Of a DNA stretch of 64,000 bases, positions 1 through 10,498 are shown piece after piece. The first letter of the stretch is position 1, and every line of letters starts with the position of its first letter. The notes under the pieces were generated by a model, which did no database searches, was not told the DNA's origin, and worked only from the letters and a program-made list of their open reading frames with translations. The DNA is from Parcubacteria group bacterium (GTDB lineage Bacteria; Patescibacteriota; Minisyncoccia; Phycocordibacterales; Phycocordibacteraceae): positions 147,406-211,405 of the forward strand of contig JAQBRG010000003.1 in the NCBI GenBank assembly GCA_028286615.1. The letters run 5' to 3'. The translations under genes were made by a program, and so were the position numbers.

Positions 1-219
1 GGCAGCTTCATAGCGACCAGCTCGTTGCAGTGCCTTGACGGCTTTTGAACGAAGAACGATATGGCCGTCATCATTATCATTGCCGAGTTTTCCGGCAATT
101 GGATTCTGGCGTAGCTCCTCGTCAGTTGCCAGTGGAATTTGAACTCCTACCCATTGTTCTCGGATTTCAAGCGGAGCGAGAACTCCAGGCGGAATATCAA
201 TAATGCGAATAGAACTCAT
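1..219 (-). CDS. hypothetical protein (partial, runs off window start)
   Basis: Open frame MSSIRIIDIPPGVLAPLEIREQWVG... from ATG at 219, AGGAGG SD just upstream; not in the ORF track. Confidence 0.65.
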   Translation of the reverse strand, partial: MSSIRIIDIPPGVLAPLEIREQWVGVQIPLATDEELRQNPIAGKLGNDNDDGHIVLRSKAVKALQRAGRYEAA

Positions 220-361
220 CAGAGCCTCCTTAGCTGCTGGTTGAAGCCAACATATCATATTCAAAAGCAAAGGCACGCTTTCACCTGGAGACAGGTTCTT
301 CTATGATGTTCCATTCCAGGGTATGTAAGCCTGCTCTTCATTTCCATGCTAGATTTTTGGT

Positions 362-868
362 ATGAGAATCCCAGTTGTTGACCGAAACGATATACAGATC
401 GCGACAAAAGAGCGAGACAATCTCGAACCAGGCGATTTTTACCGTGTCTCGGCACTTTGGCTTACAAATTCAAAAAGAGAAATCCTACTCGCTCAGAGAG
501 CTCTCTCCAAGGAAAATAGTCCTGGGAAATGGGGGCCAGCCGTTGCAGGAACTGTTGAAGAAGGAGAAACATACGACGTAAATATTGTGAAGGAAATTTC
601 CGAAGAAATAGGGATTTTTGTTTCCATAGATCAACTCAGAAGAGGTCCCAAGCTTTTTATTCATACTACAGAAAAAGGTTTCTTCGATCAGTGGTACTTC
701 TATACTGTCGATCTGTCTCTTGAGGAATTCGTTATACAAGAAGATGAGGTAGCTCAGATCCGATGGGTAAGCCAGGATGTTCTTGAGAAATGGTATGCCG
801 AGCATCCGGAAGAGTTTCTATCAAATACTTCTCAGTGGCTTCCCCAACTCCTTTCATATTCTAGTTAG
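362..868 (+). CDS. NUDIX hydrolase (IDI-like subfamily)
   Basis: Nudix box-like GTVEEGETYDVNIVKEISEEIG; LLAQR..K..PGKW motif. Confidence 0.85.
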   Translation: MRIPVVDRNDIQIATKERDNLEPGDFYRVSALWLTNSKREILLAQRALSKENSPGKWGPAVAGTVEEGETYDVNIVKEISEEIGIFVSIDQLRRGPKLFIHTTEKGFFDQWYFYTVDLSLEEFVIQEDEVAQIRWVSQDVLEKWYAEHPEEFLSNTSQWLPQLLSYSS

Positions 869-967
869 AATCTTGCATCAAGCGTTGATGGATTAAGAAT
901 TGTTTTGAGCAAAAGTAGAACGCTCAATCTTGTGAGATCGAGCGCTGTTCCACTTTCGGTGGAAATT

Positions 968-1099
968 CTATTGGGACCGCCTCTTCTGCAGAAAGCGGTC
1001 GATGAGAGGAGCGAAGATGATGGCGACAACCATAATGCCGCTGACCAGCAGCATGCCGCTCTTTTCGCCGAGCCGGTCACGGATGAGGTCGTACCTCAT
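968..1099 (-). CDS. possible 43-aa single-TM microprotein
   Basis: MRYDLIRDRLGEKSGMLLVSGIMVVAIIFAPLIDRFLQKRRSQ; hydrophobic core with basic tail. Confidence 0.35.
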   Translation of the reverse strand: MRYDLIRDRLGEKSGMLLVSGIMVVAIIFAPLIDRFLQKRRSQ

Positions 1100-1198
1100 G
1101 AAGAGAATCACAGCGTCCCATCACGACCCAGCGTTCGCACACCTGAGCATCAAATACGAAACCCGCCAGAGGTCCTAAGGACTTGGCGGGTGGCTCGT

Positions 1199-1831
1199 TT
1201 AGAGCGTGATGATGCTTTCCCAAGAAGGAGTTGCCCACCCTGGATCGGCGTCAAGCTCGCTGTCGCGCTTCATTTTGATTTTACCGCCATATACATAGAA
1301 GTCCGGGACAAACAGTTTGTGGTTTGTATCCAAGATGCGGGAACCAGATGCGTGCAAGTTGTGGTCGCTAAAGATCTCAGGGTTAATAATCGTGAGAGCA
1401 AGAACCTCTTCAACATTCATTGCGTGTCGAGGCGTGAGTTCGACACCAGCTTTGTAGGGGCTAAGTCCCAGGGACTTGTAGCCGCACTCCACATTAACCA
1501 GAAGATAAGGCGCGGCTGTGGGTCGGTCGGGAGCGTCCACGACATTCACAATATCCTCCGGGTTAAGAAAGCTATGCGATGACTTTCCCTTATATCGCAC
1601 CGTCTGAAGCTGATCTTCAAAGGGCATCAATCCAAACGGAAAAACAAGGACGAGTGGAAGGTTCCTCGACTCGCCAGAAGGCACAGAGATGGAGTCGGGA
1701 ACTTTCTCTCGTAGCAGGAAGAATAAGTCACTAGCCTCCTTTATGAACTTAAAACGGGTGCCCGAAGGACTGAACTTCCTGGCTTGGGCATCTAGGATGT
1801 CCAGCAGCTCTTGGTTGCTATAGCTCGGCAT
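1199..1831 (-). CDS. DUF5701-like hypothetical protein
   Basis: PYLLVNVECG...MNVEEVLAL...P....GSR pattern resembles DUF5701 from recall; start at MPSY with AGGAGAGG SD. Confidence 0.55.
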   Translation of the reverse strand: MPSYSNQELLDILDAQARKFSPSGTRFKFIKEASDLFFLLREKVPDSISVPSGESRNLPLVLVFPFGLMPFEDQLQTVRYKGKSSHSFLNPEDIVNVVDAPDRPTAAPYLLVNVECGYKSLGLSPYKAGVELTPRHAMNVEEVLALTIINPEIFSDHNLHASGSRILDTNHKLFVPDFYVYGGKIKMKRDSELDADPGWATPSWESIITL

Positions 1832-1899
1832 GTCTACCTCTCCTTTGAATTGGACTGAACACATTTCAACATATCTGTTACGTTTTGACAACTGGCAAT

Positions 1900-2000
1900 A
1901 GAAAAACCGCCCTTCCGGGCGGCTTCTCTTACTTCTTAACTTCTTTGTATATAACCCGCTGGCGGAGCGTTGGGTCGAACTTCATGAGTTCGATCTTGCG
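1900..2000 (-). repeat. direct repeat copy: rpmG 3' end + terminator (att-like remnant)
   Basis: Matches 2748-2848 over 101 bp with 3 mismatches. Confidence 0.95.
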
Positions 2001-2022
2001 AGTGAACAATTAAATATTTAAG

Positions 2023-2691
2023 TTATTCTGGTATAACCTTCACAAAAGAGTAGCTGCCTTTTGAAAGGTCATATTTCCAGATTTCTTTTGAGGATGTGCG
2101 TGAGAAGCCGTATTCATTAGTCTCATCTATAACAACTTCATACGCAGTAACGTCTATTGAATCTTTATCGTTCCACACATATGAATCAATTACAGGATTA
2201 ACTCCGTTACTGCTTGCAAAGGGTGGCTTAATTGAAATAATTTTTGAATTATTTAGATCAACTAAAGTTATCTTAAAATCTCCACACCCTGCTCCACAAG
2301 CGGTATAACTTCCAAAACTTAGGTAAGCGCTATTGGGAGAGAAAACAGGATTGTCTTTTATAGTTCCAGCAAAGTTTCCAATAACCTTTCCGTTCAAACT
2401 TATATTATAAATTGGGTTTCTGGAGGCTTGACCTGATTCAGAAAAAGATATTTTTGAACTAGTTGTTTGACTTGTAAATACTTTCCTTGTAACACCCTTA
2501 TCTGCAGTTATAGAGAAAATAGGAGCGGGTACATGAAGAGTGTTAGCAGTATGCGATACGGGAGTCGTAGCAGTAGCGTCGGGCAGGCTTACATCTTGTC
2601 GGTTATGAGTAAGCCAGTAGAAAGAAGGTACTCCTAAGATAATGAGGAATATTACAATCAAGATTGCTAGTGTCCGCTTGCTCGTATTCAT
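2023..2691 (-). CDS. membrane-anchored/secreted hypothetical protein, AT-rich
   Basis: N-terminal TM helix; PVFSPNSAYLSF (PD40/beta-propeller-like motif); CGAGC. Confidence 0.7.
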   Translation of the reverse strand: MNTSKRTLAILIVIFLIILGVPSFYWLTHNRQDVSLPDATATTPVSHTANTLHVPAPIFSITADKGVTRKVFTSQTTSSKISFSESGQASRNPIYNISLNGKVIGNFAGTIKDNPVFSPNSAYLSFGSYTACGAGCGDFKITLVDLNNSKIISIKPPFASSNGVNPVIDSYVWNDKDSIDVTAYEVVIDETNEYGFSRTSSKEIWKYDLSKGSYSFVKVIPE

Positions 2692-2747
2692 TTGTTCTAT
2701 TGTACTACCCCTTCCCTTGGGAAAGGCTTCTATTCAGATATTTCAAA

Positions 2748-2848
2748 AGAAAAACCGCCCTTTCGGGCGGCTTCTCTTACTTCTTAACTTCTTTGTATAT
2801 AACCCGCTGGCGAAGCGTTGGGTCGAACTTCATGAGTTCGATTTTGCG
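2748..2848 (-). repeat. direct repeat copy within intact rpmG and its terminator
   Basis: Matches 1900-2000. Confidence 0.95.
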
Positions 2849-2932
2849 CTCAACCTTCTTCTTATTCTTGCGGCTGAAATAGACGTGTTCCGACTTCGTT
2901 GAGCGGAGTTTTATAAGGCGATCCTGTGACAT
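2777..2932 (-). CDS. rpmG: 50S ribosomal protein L33 (Zn-free type)
   Basis: MSQDRLIKLRSTKSEHVYFSRKNKKKVERKIELMKFDPTLRQRVIYKEVKK; below the ORF-track cut-off. Confidence 0.95.
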   Translation of the reverse strand: MSQDRLIKLRSTKSEHVYFSRKNKKKVERKIELMKFDPTLRQRVIYKEVKK

Positions 2933-2959
2933 GCAGGGACTATAGCAAGCAGCCAGCTG

Positions 2960-5656
2960 TTACGCAACCGCGGCAACCTTAGGGCGGGAGACGCGCTTGG
3001 CGGTCTTTCGAACCTCAAAGTGTGGTGCGCCTAGCTTGAGTGAGACTTCCACATGACCGCCTTCCATAACACCCTGGTCAACCATGAGAGAGGCTATAGG
3101 GGTAAGGATATGGTCCTGGATAGCACGTTTGAGCGGTCGAGCGCCGTACTGGGGGTTGTATCCCTTATCAGCAAGCCAGGTCTCAACCTCAGGAGCAATG
3201 TTAAGCGTTATACGCTTCTCTCCTAGACGGCGCACAACCTCCGCAACCTGGTTCGTTACAATCCGCGTAATAGTCTCCTTAGAGAGGACGTCGAAGGTAA
3301 CAATGTCGTCGAGACGGTTGAGGAACTCAGGACGGAAGTGGTCTTTGAGTGCAGTCATAACCTTCTCCTTAATTCCTTCGTAGCGTACAGCGTCGTCTGC
3401 GTCGCTATGGGCAAATCCGATACCCGCCATACGGTCTATGAACTCAGCTCCTATGTTAGAGGTTAGGACAATGATGGTGTTCTTGAAGTTAACCTTCCTT
3501 CCCTTTCCGTCTGTAAGGTGTCCGGAGTCGAGCACCTGGAGAAGAATGTTGAACACTTCTGGATGCGCCTTCTCAATCTCGTCGAAGAGCACAACGGCGT
3601 ATGGGCGATGGCGAATGCGTTCAGTAAGAGAACCGGACTCTTCGTATCCAACATAGCCCGGAGGTGCACCAATAAGCTTTGAGATGGAATGCTTCTCCAT
3701 GAACTCGCTCATATCAACACGAACGAGTGAGTCTTTGTCGTTAAACATGAACTCTGCAAGCTGGCGAGAGAGTTCTGTCTTTCCAACACCGGTTGGTCCC
3801 ATAAAGAGGAACGAGCCAATAGGACGATTAGGATCTGAGATACCTACACGAGATCGCTTAACGGCGTTTGTTATAGCCTTAACTGCAGCGTCTTGTCCTA
3901 TAACCGCTTCCTTAAGTGCATCTTCCATGCGAGCAAGCTTTGAAGCTTCTTCCTCGATCATCTTTGCTAGAGGAATACCGGTCCAACGGGAGACAACTCC
4001 TGCGATCTCATGCTCGGTAACTTCTTCGTGAAGGATGCGACGAGACTTCTGAAGAGTCTTGAGGCGCTTCGTCTTGAGTTCGAGTTCCTTCTGAAGATGC
4101 GGAATGCGTCCGTAACGGATTTCTGCCGCAGTTCCAAGGTCTGCTGTTGCTTCAGCGTTGTCTGCCTGTACACGAAGCGTATCGAGTTCGGTCTTTATGC
4201 CACGAATACTCTGAAGGACTTCCTTTTCGTTCTTCCACTTAAGCTCAAGCTCTGAAGTTTTCTCTCGAAGATCTGCAATCTCAGTATCAATCGCCCTCAC
4301 ACGCTCGCGTGCTTCTTTAGCATGCTCACGCTCTTGGCCCGTCTGAGTCTCGTCATCCTTCTTAAGGGCTTCCTTCTCAATTTCAAGTCGGCGAATCTTT
4401 CTATCAGTTTCTTCAAGCTGTGGAGGCTTGTTCTCTAGAGCAATACGGAGACCTGAAGCGGCCTCATCTATAAGGTCTATAGCTTTGTCTGGGAGGAATC
4501 GGTCCGTTATGTAGCGGCTTGAGAATTCAACGGCAGACACAATAGCGCCATCTGTTATACGGACACCGTGGAAGAGTTCGTACTTGTCGCGAAGTCCGCG
4601 AAGGATAGCAACCGCGTCTTCAGTTGATGGCTCGTTCACAAACACTGGCTGGAAGCGACGCGTAAGAGCGGCGTCCTTTTCGATGTGCTGCTGGTATTCC
4701 TTGAGCGTTGTTGCGCCAATCATACGAATCTCGCCACGAGAGAGCGCAGGCTTAAGCATGTTCGTTGCATCCATAGAGCCTTCAGCAGCTCCGGCACCAA
4801 CGAGCGTGTGGAGCTCGTCCACGAAGAGAATAACCTTCCCTTCTGAACGCTCCACTTCTTTCATAACGCCCTTCATGCGCTCTTCGAACTCTCCTCGATA
4901 CTTCGTACCTGCGATCATAAGACCAAGGTCTAGAGAAAGAAGCTCCTTTCCGCGAAGAGATTCTGGAACGTCTCCTGTTGCAATGCGAGTTGCGAGTCCC
5001 TCAGCAATAGCCGTCTTTCCAACACCTGCTTCTCCTATAAGGACAGGGTTGTTCTTGGTGCGGCGAGCGAGGATTTGTATAACGCGTCCTATTTCAAGGT
5101 CTCGGCCAATAACAGGATCAAGCGCATTGTCTGCTGCCATCTTGGTTAGATTGCGCGTGTACTTAGCGAGTGCACGAAAACGTTTAGGTTCTCCGCTCTG
5201 TCCGTCCTTTGATGTTTTAAGTTCTTTAAGTACTGAAAGCACTGTCTCTGCATCAATGCGGAAACGAGATATAACATCCGCTGCAGGTCCTGGGTGTTCG
5301 AGCACCGCCACAAAGAGGTGTTCGGTACCCACAAACGGGTCGTTCATGCGGGCTGCAACTTTTCCAGCAGCTTCTAGCACTTCTGCCAGTTCAGGCGTTA
5401 AGTACAGGTTGTAGCTAGGAGAGAGGGTTGAGGCTGTCTCAGGAATCTCGAGGATCTCAAGAAGCATGTCTGCAAGAAGCATGGTGTCTATGTCCATGCG
5501 GTCGAGCACAGAGAACACGAGACTCTCCTCCTGATGTAGGAGAGCGGTTAAAAGATGAAGAGGGCTCACATGGTTCTGGCCACGTTCAATAGCCAGCTCG
5601 TGTGCCTTCTTTATCGCTTCTTTTGCTTTGGTGGTGAAGTTTTTGAAAGGGGGCAT
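2960..5656 (-). CDS. clpB: ATP-dependent chaperone ClpB
   Basis: Clp N domain, two AAA+ modules ([16 protein letters not shown]), long coiled-coil middle domain. Confidence 0.95.
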   Translation of the reverse strand: MPPFKNFTTKAKEAIKKAHELAIERGQNHVSPLHLLTALLHQEESLVFSVLDRMDIDTMLLADMLLEILEIPETASTLSPSYNLYLTPELAEVLEAAGKVAARMNDPFVGTEHLFVAVLEHPGPAADVISRFRIDAETVLSVLKELKTSKDGQSGEPKRFRALAKYTRNLTKMAADNALDPVIGRDLEIGRVIQILARRTKNNPVLIGEAGVGKTAIAEGLATRIATGDVPESLRGKELLSLDLGLMIAGTKYRGEFEERMKGVMKEVERSEGKVILFVDELHTLVGAGAAEGSMDATNMLKPALSRGEIRMIGATTLKEYQQHIEKDAALTRRFQPVFVNEPSTEDAVAILRGLRDKYELFHGVRITDGAIVSAVEFSSRYITDRFLPDKAIDLIDEAASGLRIALENKPPQLEETDRKIRRLEIEKEALKKDDETQTGQEREHAKEARERVRAIDTEIADLREKTSELELKWKNEKEVLQSIRGIKTELDTLRVQADNAEATADLGTAAEIRYGRIPHLQKELELKTKRLKTLQKSRRILHEEVTEHEIAGVVSRWTGIPLAKMIEEEASKLARMEDALKEAVIGQDAAVKAITNAVKRSRVGISDPNRPIGSFLFMGPTGVGKTELSRQLAEFMFNDKDSLVRVDMSEFMEKHSISKLIGAPPGYVGYEESGSLTERIRHRPYAVVLFDEIEKAHPEVFNILLQVLDSGHLTDGKGRKVNFKNTIIVLTSNIGAEFIDRMAGIGFAHSDADDAVRYEGIKEKVMTALKDHFRPEFLNRLDDIVTFDVLSKETITRIVTNQVAEVVRRLGEKRITLNIAPEVETWLADKGYNPQYGARPLKRAIQDHILTPIASLMVDQGVMEGGHVEVSLKLGAPHFEVRKTAKRVSRPKVAAVA

Positions 5657-5690
5657 AGATATCTATGATGACGTAACCAAGCTACCGTTA

Positions 5691-6446
5691 TTACGGCGCT
5701 GGAGCTAGTAATGTTGAGATCTTCTCGGCGCTCGCAAATATACCCGGGACCGAAGTTGCGATGCCGATAATATCGCCTGAAATGTTAACTGCAGCCGCCC
5801 CTACAGGAACACCGCTGACGTTAGAGTGTATTCCTTCTGTGTCTATCTTGGCAATAATGCCTGTCTGCGCGCTTCCTGTGGCTGTTATCGCAACAAGAGT
5901 CTGTCCTTGCTTCAGGTCTTTAGAACTAATTAAGTCTGGCGAGGGGGCACTTGGAAGCACCGCAGCATCAGCAAAACCATAGATGGTTAGGGTTGCGCCA
6001 GGCTTAGAGAGCGATGCTTGAACCGCGGCTCCGTTAGCGAACTCGATAGTTGCCTCCTTAGGAAGGTTTTGCACAGTTGCCGTTACCACAACCTTCGACT
6101 TTGGAAGGAATGTTCCAACCGCTATTACAGGAGTTGAGGTGCCGTTACCTTTATGAATCTCAACCGTGCGAGCAACGTCAGCGCTAATAGCAGCTGAGAG
6201 AAGATCCTCGTCTCGTATTACTACGGTCTGCGTTTGGGGCTTTGGCGTAACGATAGTTGCAAGAGGCGTACCTGTCGCAACGCGTTCAACCGTGCGTTCC
6301 ACTATTTGATTAACGGTCTGAGTAACGGTTGGTGGAGCTACGTCCAAAAGCGATACGGTTAATACGCAGGTCGCGATTGAGGTTACGAAGTTCACGAGCA
6401 CCATTAGCCAGAGCAACTGTGTTTTTGTTAGGTCCTCGATGTTCAT
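5691..6446 (-). CDS. membrane-anchored trypsin/HtrA-like fold protein, probably catalytically dead
   Basis: N-terminal TM; GVPVGAAAVNISGDIIGI aligns by eye to the GNSGGPLVN..GEVIGI motif without the Ser; start moved to MNIED (TATAAT 6 nt upstream). Confidence 0.6.
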   Translation of the reverse strand: MNIEDLTKTQLLWLMVLVNFVTSIATCVLTVSLLDVAPPTVTQTVNQIVERTVERVATGTPLATIVTPKPQTQTVVIRDEDLLSAAISADVARTVEIHKGNGTSTPVIAVGTFLPKSKVVVTATVQNLPKEATIEFANGAAVQASLSKPGATLTIYGFADAAVLPSAPSPDLISSKDLKQGQTLVAITATGSAQTGIIAKIDTEGIHSNVSGVPVGAAAVNISGDIIGIATSVPGIFASAEKISTLLAPAP

Positions 6447-6599
6447 GTACCTATTATAGCTCACAGGAGATTTCTTTTAAATGTGGGTTAGCTGTAAGTT
6501 TGTCTATTCTTAAATCTCGTTTGACATTTATAAATAGACTTGCAGTATTGCTTACTTTTTGGGATAGTCATGTGGAACGATCTTTAAAAGGAGGAAGTC

Positions 6600-7220
6600 G
6601 TGTTTGAAGCATTTGACCTGTTCATACTTGATCGCTGTTTCGAACCGCTTTCAAGAGAAATCCAGAAAGCCTTCAACATAACCAATTATACCGTTGCGAA
6701 AATCATACTGATGACCGCGACGGCCGTGATTGCAGTTGCGATGATAATTAACTTAACTAATGGTCAGACATTCGGATTTGGCACAACGGTGTACATTGCA
6801 ACAGTTGCCTGGCCGTCCCTGAAACTGGCCATGCGTCTCGAAACTGAGTCGGAGAAGGGTTCTGAGACTCTTCCAAATTTCCGTGTATCGAACCGAAGTA
6901 CAGAGGTCGGACGTATCGTCTTTAATAGAAAGTGGATACTGGCTATATTTATTCTCGCGTTCTTTCTGAGGGTGATCCTTTGGATTACTGCTTCCATTTG
7001 GTTTAAAGATTATGTCCCGCCTCCCCAGCCAGTACAGCACGTAAACACTCCCGACCTTTCAAGTGAGGCGATGAGCAGAATCATGAGCGCATTTGCAGTC
7101 TGTCTCATGACTGTAGAAATCGGGATGTACTTTCTGTCCTGTACGCCTCGTCCAAGACGCAGATTGCACAAAGAAGCGCCCGCGTCGTTAAGGCCGGCAT
7201 TGGTAAAATCCACAAACTAG
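6600..7220 (+). CDS. hypothetical membrane protein
   Basis: About 4 hydrophobic segments; AGGAGG SD; TTGACA upstream. Confidence 0.7.
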   Translation: MFEAFDLFILDRCFEPLSREIQKAFNITNYTVAKIILMTATAVIAVAMIINLTNGQTFGFGTTVYIATVAWPSLKLAMRLETESEKGSETLPNFRVSNRSTEVGRIVFNRKWILAIFILAFFLRVILWITASIWFKDYVPPPQPVQHVNTPDLSSEAMSRIMSAFAVCLMTVEIGMYFLSCTPRPRRRLHKEAPASLRPALVKSTN

Positions 7221-7276
7221 AGGCTTATGCCTCGGCACTCGTTATGCGGGTGCTTCTTCTTTATATAAACTGTAAA

Positions 7277-8461
7277 TTAGATTTCGACTGACTTGTTATC
7301 TAGAAATTGCACGGCATTAATAAGCGCTTCTGAAAATCGCATCAAGTCTGCGCCTCGCGTTTCCGGTCCCCAAGATACTCGAAGTGTAGAAACTGCTCGT
7401 GCTTCGTCATTCGTAAGAGCAAGGACAGCACGAGATCCTTCTTCGCTATCAGACTCGCACGCGCTCTTTGTAGAGACAGCAAATCCTGCTTCGTCTAGAA
7501 GTGCTGCAAGATAATCTGTATCACGTCCTATAAAGGAAAGGTTAAGGATGTGGGGTGCCTGTTCCTTCCCTTCGTTAACTTCAACCTTTTCTACTTTCTT
7601 AATACTCTCAAGCAAAGCCTTCCGAGAATTCAGTGCAGACTCTACAAACTTCTCTCTTCCTTTGTCAGCATCCTCAAGAGCAACAACGAATGCGGCCGCG
7701 AGCGCATGAGGTTCGGTACCTGGACGCATGCCTCGTTCCTGTCCTCCGCCACGTATTAAAGGAAGGAGCGGAACATGCCTTGGAGCAATTAATACTCCTA
7801 TGCCTCGGACTCCTCCAACTTTCTGTGCATCGAGCGAAAGCATGTCTGCCCCGAGACGATTTAACTCATAGGATGTAACAAGAGGAGCTTGGCTCGCATC
7901 AACATGGAGCGTTATGTGCTTTCCGTTTTCTTTGTTGTACGCATCAAGCACTCGGCGTACATCTCGTACGTCATACAGCGCACCTGTTTCTCCGCAGACT
8001 AAGTCCATGCATACAAGTACCGTGTTGGGCGTTAGAGAGCTCTTAAGAGCAGCAAGGTCAGCTGCTCCGTCTTTGAGGGTTATGGGAGAAAGAGATACGC
8101 CTCGTTTTCCGAGTATGGCTAGCGCTCCTCCAATAGAGGAGTGCGCGCTTGGCATATACAACACGTGCATGTCTTTTGCTTCCCTTCCTGCTTTAACCAA
8201 AGCTTTTATATGTCCGCGTATAGCTAGTGCATTGGCTTCTGTTGCGTTAGCGGTAAAGATAACGGCTTCTGCTTTGGTACCCGCGAGTTTTGCAATGCGC
8301 GCTCGTGCGTCTTCGAGAATGGCTTTAGCGGCTCTCCCTTCTGTATGTGGAGAAGAAGGATTTCCGAACGCATCGAGCGCAACATCAAATACCCGCTTCG
8401 CACGAGCTGAGGTTGGAGCAGCCGCTGCCCAGTCCAAATAGATTCTTTTACTGCCAAACAT
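7277..8461 (-). CDS. cysteine desulfurase (IscS/NifS family, class V aminotransferase)
   Basis: YLDWAA, GNPSS.H, HVDASQ, AQKVGG, GGGQERGMRPGTE, STKSAC. Confidence 0.9.
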   Translation of the reverse strand: MFGSKRIYLDWAAAAPTSARAKRVFDVALDAFGNPSSPHTEGRAAKAILEDARARIAKLAGTKAEAVIFTANATEANALAIRGHIKALVKAGREAKDMHVLYMPSAHSSIGGALAILGKRGVSLSPITLKDGAADLAALKSSLTPNTVLVCMDLVCGETGALYDVRDVRRVLDAYNKENGKHITLHVDASQAPLVTSYELNRLGADMLSLDAQKVGGVRGIGVLIAPRHVPLLPLIRGGGQERGMRPGTEPHALAAAFVVALEDADKGREKFVESALNSRKALLESIKKVEKVEVNEGKEQAPHILNLSFIGRDTDYLAALLDEAGFAVSTKSACESDSEEGSRAVLALTNDEARAVSTLRVSWGPETRGADLMRFSEALINAVQFLDNKSVEI

Positions 8462-8523
8462 ATACCTCTAGCCTGCAGCCTACATTGCAATTATGCAAGT
8501 AAAATGGTCTATTATAAGCATCT

Positions 8524-10002
8524 ATGGCACAAAGCACCCGACCACCGATCGTGGCCGTTATGGGTCATATTGACCACGGCAAATCATCTCTTCTGGATTA
8601 CATCCGGAAGGCTAATGTCACAGCTGGCGAAGCTGGAGGCATAACCCAGCACGTTTCAGCGTACGAAGCTGAGCACGAACACGATGGTGTTACGCGCACC
8701 ATAACCTTCCTCGACACTCCAGGACACGAGGCCTTTCGTGCACTTCGCGCTCGCGGAGCAGCAGCGGCTGATGTTGCTATTCTCGTGCTCGCTTCAGACG
8801 AAGGGGTGAAGCCTCAGACGCTTGAAGCATACGAAGCAATAACCGAGTCTGGTATTCCTTTCGTTGTTGCGCTAACCAAGATGGACAAGAACGGTGCTGA
8901 TGTTGAGAAAGCAAAACTCTCAGCACTTGAGCACGGCATATACCTTGAAGGACTTGGAGGCTCCATTCCCTTTGCAGCAGTGTCTTCAAAGACGGGAGAA
9001 GGAGTTCCAGAGCTTCTCGATCTCGTGCTTATAACAGCAGACCTTGCAGAACTAACCGCAGACCCAGACGCTCCTGCAAGCGGATTCATTCTTGAATCTT
9101 CTCAGGATCCAAAACAGGGTCTTGCCGCCACGCTTATCCTTAAAGAAGGAACGCTTAACACCGGGGACTTTGTTATTGCCGGAAACGCCATTGCTCCCGT
9201 TCGCTTTATTGAAGACTTCAAAGGTGCCCGTCTAGCGAAAGCTATTGCGTCCCAGCCTATTCGTATTTCAGGCTTTTCTATGCAACCGCCTGCAGGCACT
9301 CCGTTCGCTTCTACAAGCAACAAGAAGGAAGCTGAAAAGCTCGCTGCTATGACAGAAACTGCTCCTGCTAAAGTTCGTGACGCTATTACCGAGAACGGAC
9401 ACGCCGTACTTCCTATCATTCTTAAAGCAGACGTAACCGGAAGCATTGAAGCCATCAAGCATGAGCTCGCAAAGATTGCTCATGACCGCGTAAAGGTACG
9501 CATTGTAATTGAAGGTATCGGAGCTGTTGCTGAGAACGATGTGAAGACCGCGCAGTCTGCAGGAGGCACTATTATCGCCTTCCATGTACCGACCGCTTCT
9601 TCTGCTCGCGATCTGGCAGAACGCACAGGCGTAACCATCGATACCTACGACATTATCTACGAACTCAAAGAGCGCGTGGAAGAACTCGTAAAGGAACGTG
9701 CACCTAAGATAACAACGGAAGAACTTCTTGGAGAGGCAAAGGTGCTTAAAGTGTTTAGCTCAGGCGGCAACAAGCAGACTCTTGGTGCTCGTTGGATCTC
9801 TGGCGCCCTAACCGTTGGCAATACCGTTAAGATAGACCGTCGTGGTATTCACGTAGGCAACGCAAAGCTAACCAATCTCCAGGTTGCTCGTTCAGATGTT
9901 AAAGAGATTCATATCGAAGGAGAGTTTGGTCTTCAGATTGAAGGCAAGTACGAAGCAGCTGCAGGAGACTCTCTTATCGCCTTCCGCATGACCGAAAGCT
10001 AA
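8524..10002 (+). CDS. infB: translation initiation factor IF-2 (minimal, no N-terminal extension)
   Basis: RPPIVAVMGHIDHGKSSLLD, GGITQH, DTPGHEAF. Confidence 0.95.
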   Translation: MAQSTRPPIVAVMGHIDHGKSSLLDYIRKANVTAGEAGGITQHVSAYEAEHEHDGVTRTITFLDTPGHEAFRALRARGAAAADVAILVLASDEGVKPQTLEAYEAITESGIPFVVALTKMDKNGADVEKAKLSALEHGIYLEGLGGSIPFAAVSSKTGEGVPELLDLVLITADLAELTADPDAPASGFILESSQDPKQGLAATLILKEGTLNTGDFVIAGNAIAPVRFIEDFKGARLAKAIASQPIRISGFSMQPPAGTPFASTSNKKEAEKLAAMTETAPAKVRDAITENGHAVLPIILKADVTGSIEAIKHELAKIAHDRVKVRIVIEGIGAVAENDVKTAQSAGGTIIAFHVPTASSARDLAERTGVTIDTYDIIYELKERVEELVKERAPKITTEELLGEAKVLKVFSSGGNKQTLGARWISGALTVGNTVKIDRRGIHVGNAKLTNLQVARSDVKEIHIEGEFGLQIEGKYEAAAGDSLIAFRMTES

Positions 10003-10003
10003 T

Positions 10004-10342
10004 ATGAGCGACCGAGATAATCGTGCGCTCTCTATAATCCTCGAAAGCGCTGGTGCATACATTTCGCGCGAAGCAGGACGCAACACGCTAATTACGCCTA
10101 CTCGCGTGATGCTCTCGAGCGATCGCAAGGACGCAACTATTTTTGTAAGCGTGTTCCCTGATGGCGAGGAGAAGCAGGCGCTTTCCTTCCTCATTAGACA
10201 TAAGGATATGTTCCGCAACGAACTTAAGAAGACTCGTCTTATGCGACTTCCCTTCATACACTTCGAGATAGATTATGGCGAAAAGAACCGCCAGCATTTG
10301 GAAGAGATTTCCAAGGACTTAGATATAGAACCTGAGGTATAG
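10004..10342 (+). CDS. rbfA: ribosome-binding factor A
   Basis: Directly after infB; T.V..S.D...A.IFVS and RLPFIHFEID motifs. Confidence 0.85.
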   Translation: MSDRDNRALSIILESAGAYISREAGRNTLITPTRVMLSSDRKDATIFVSVFPDGEEKQALSFLIRHKDMFRNELKKTRLMRLPFIHFEIDYGEKNRQHLEEISKDLDIEPEV

Positions 10343-10376
10343 CGCCCTAGGCTTAAGCACGATAATATCGGGGTAC

Positions 10377-10453
10377 GGCCTGGTGGCGAAGTAGATTAAC
10401 GCGATGGATTGCAAACCCATTATGCGCGGGTGCGATTCCCGCCCAGGCCTCCA
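10377..10453 (+). tRNA. tRNA-Cys(GCA)
   Basis: GGCCTGG...CCAGGCC-T-CCA cloverleaf, anticodon loop TT-GCA-AA. Confidence 0.9.
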
Positions 10454-10498
10454 AATAACGTCTTGATAATTATTTGATCTCCATATGCTTATGCTGGC

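Noticed and set aside
905-1582. 225-aa plus-strand ORF
   Set aside because: Antisense shadow of the DUF5701-like gene and the small TM ORF; no motif or start signal.
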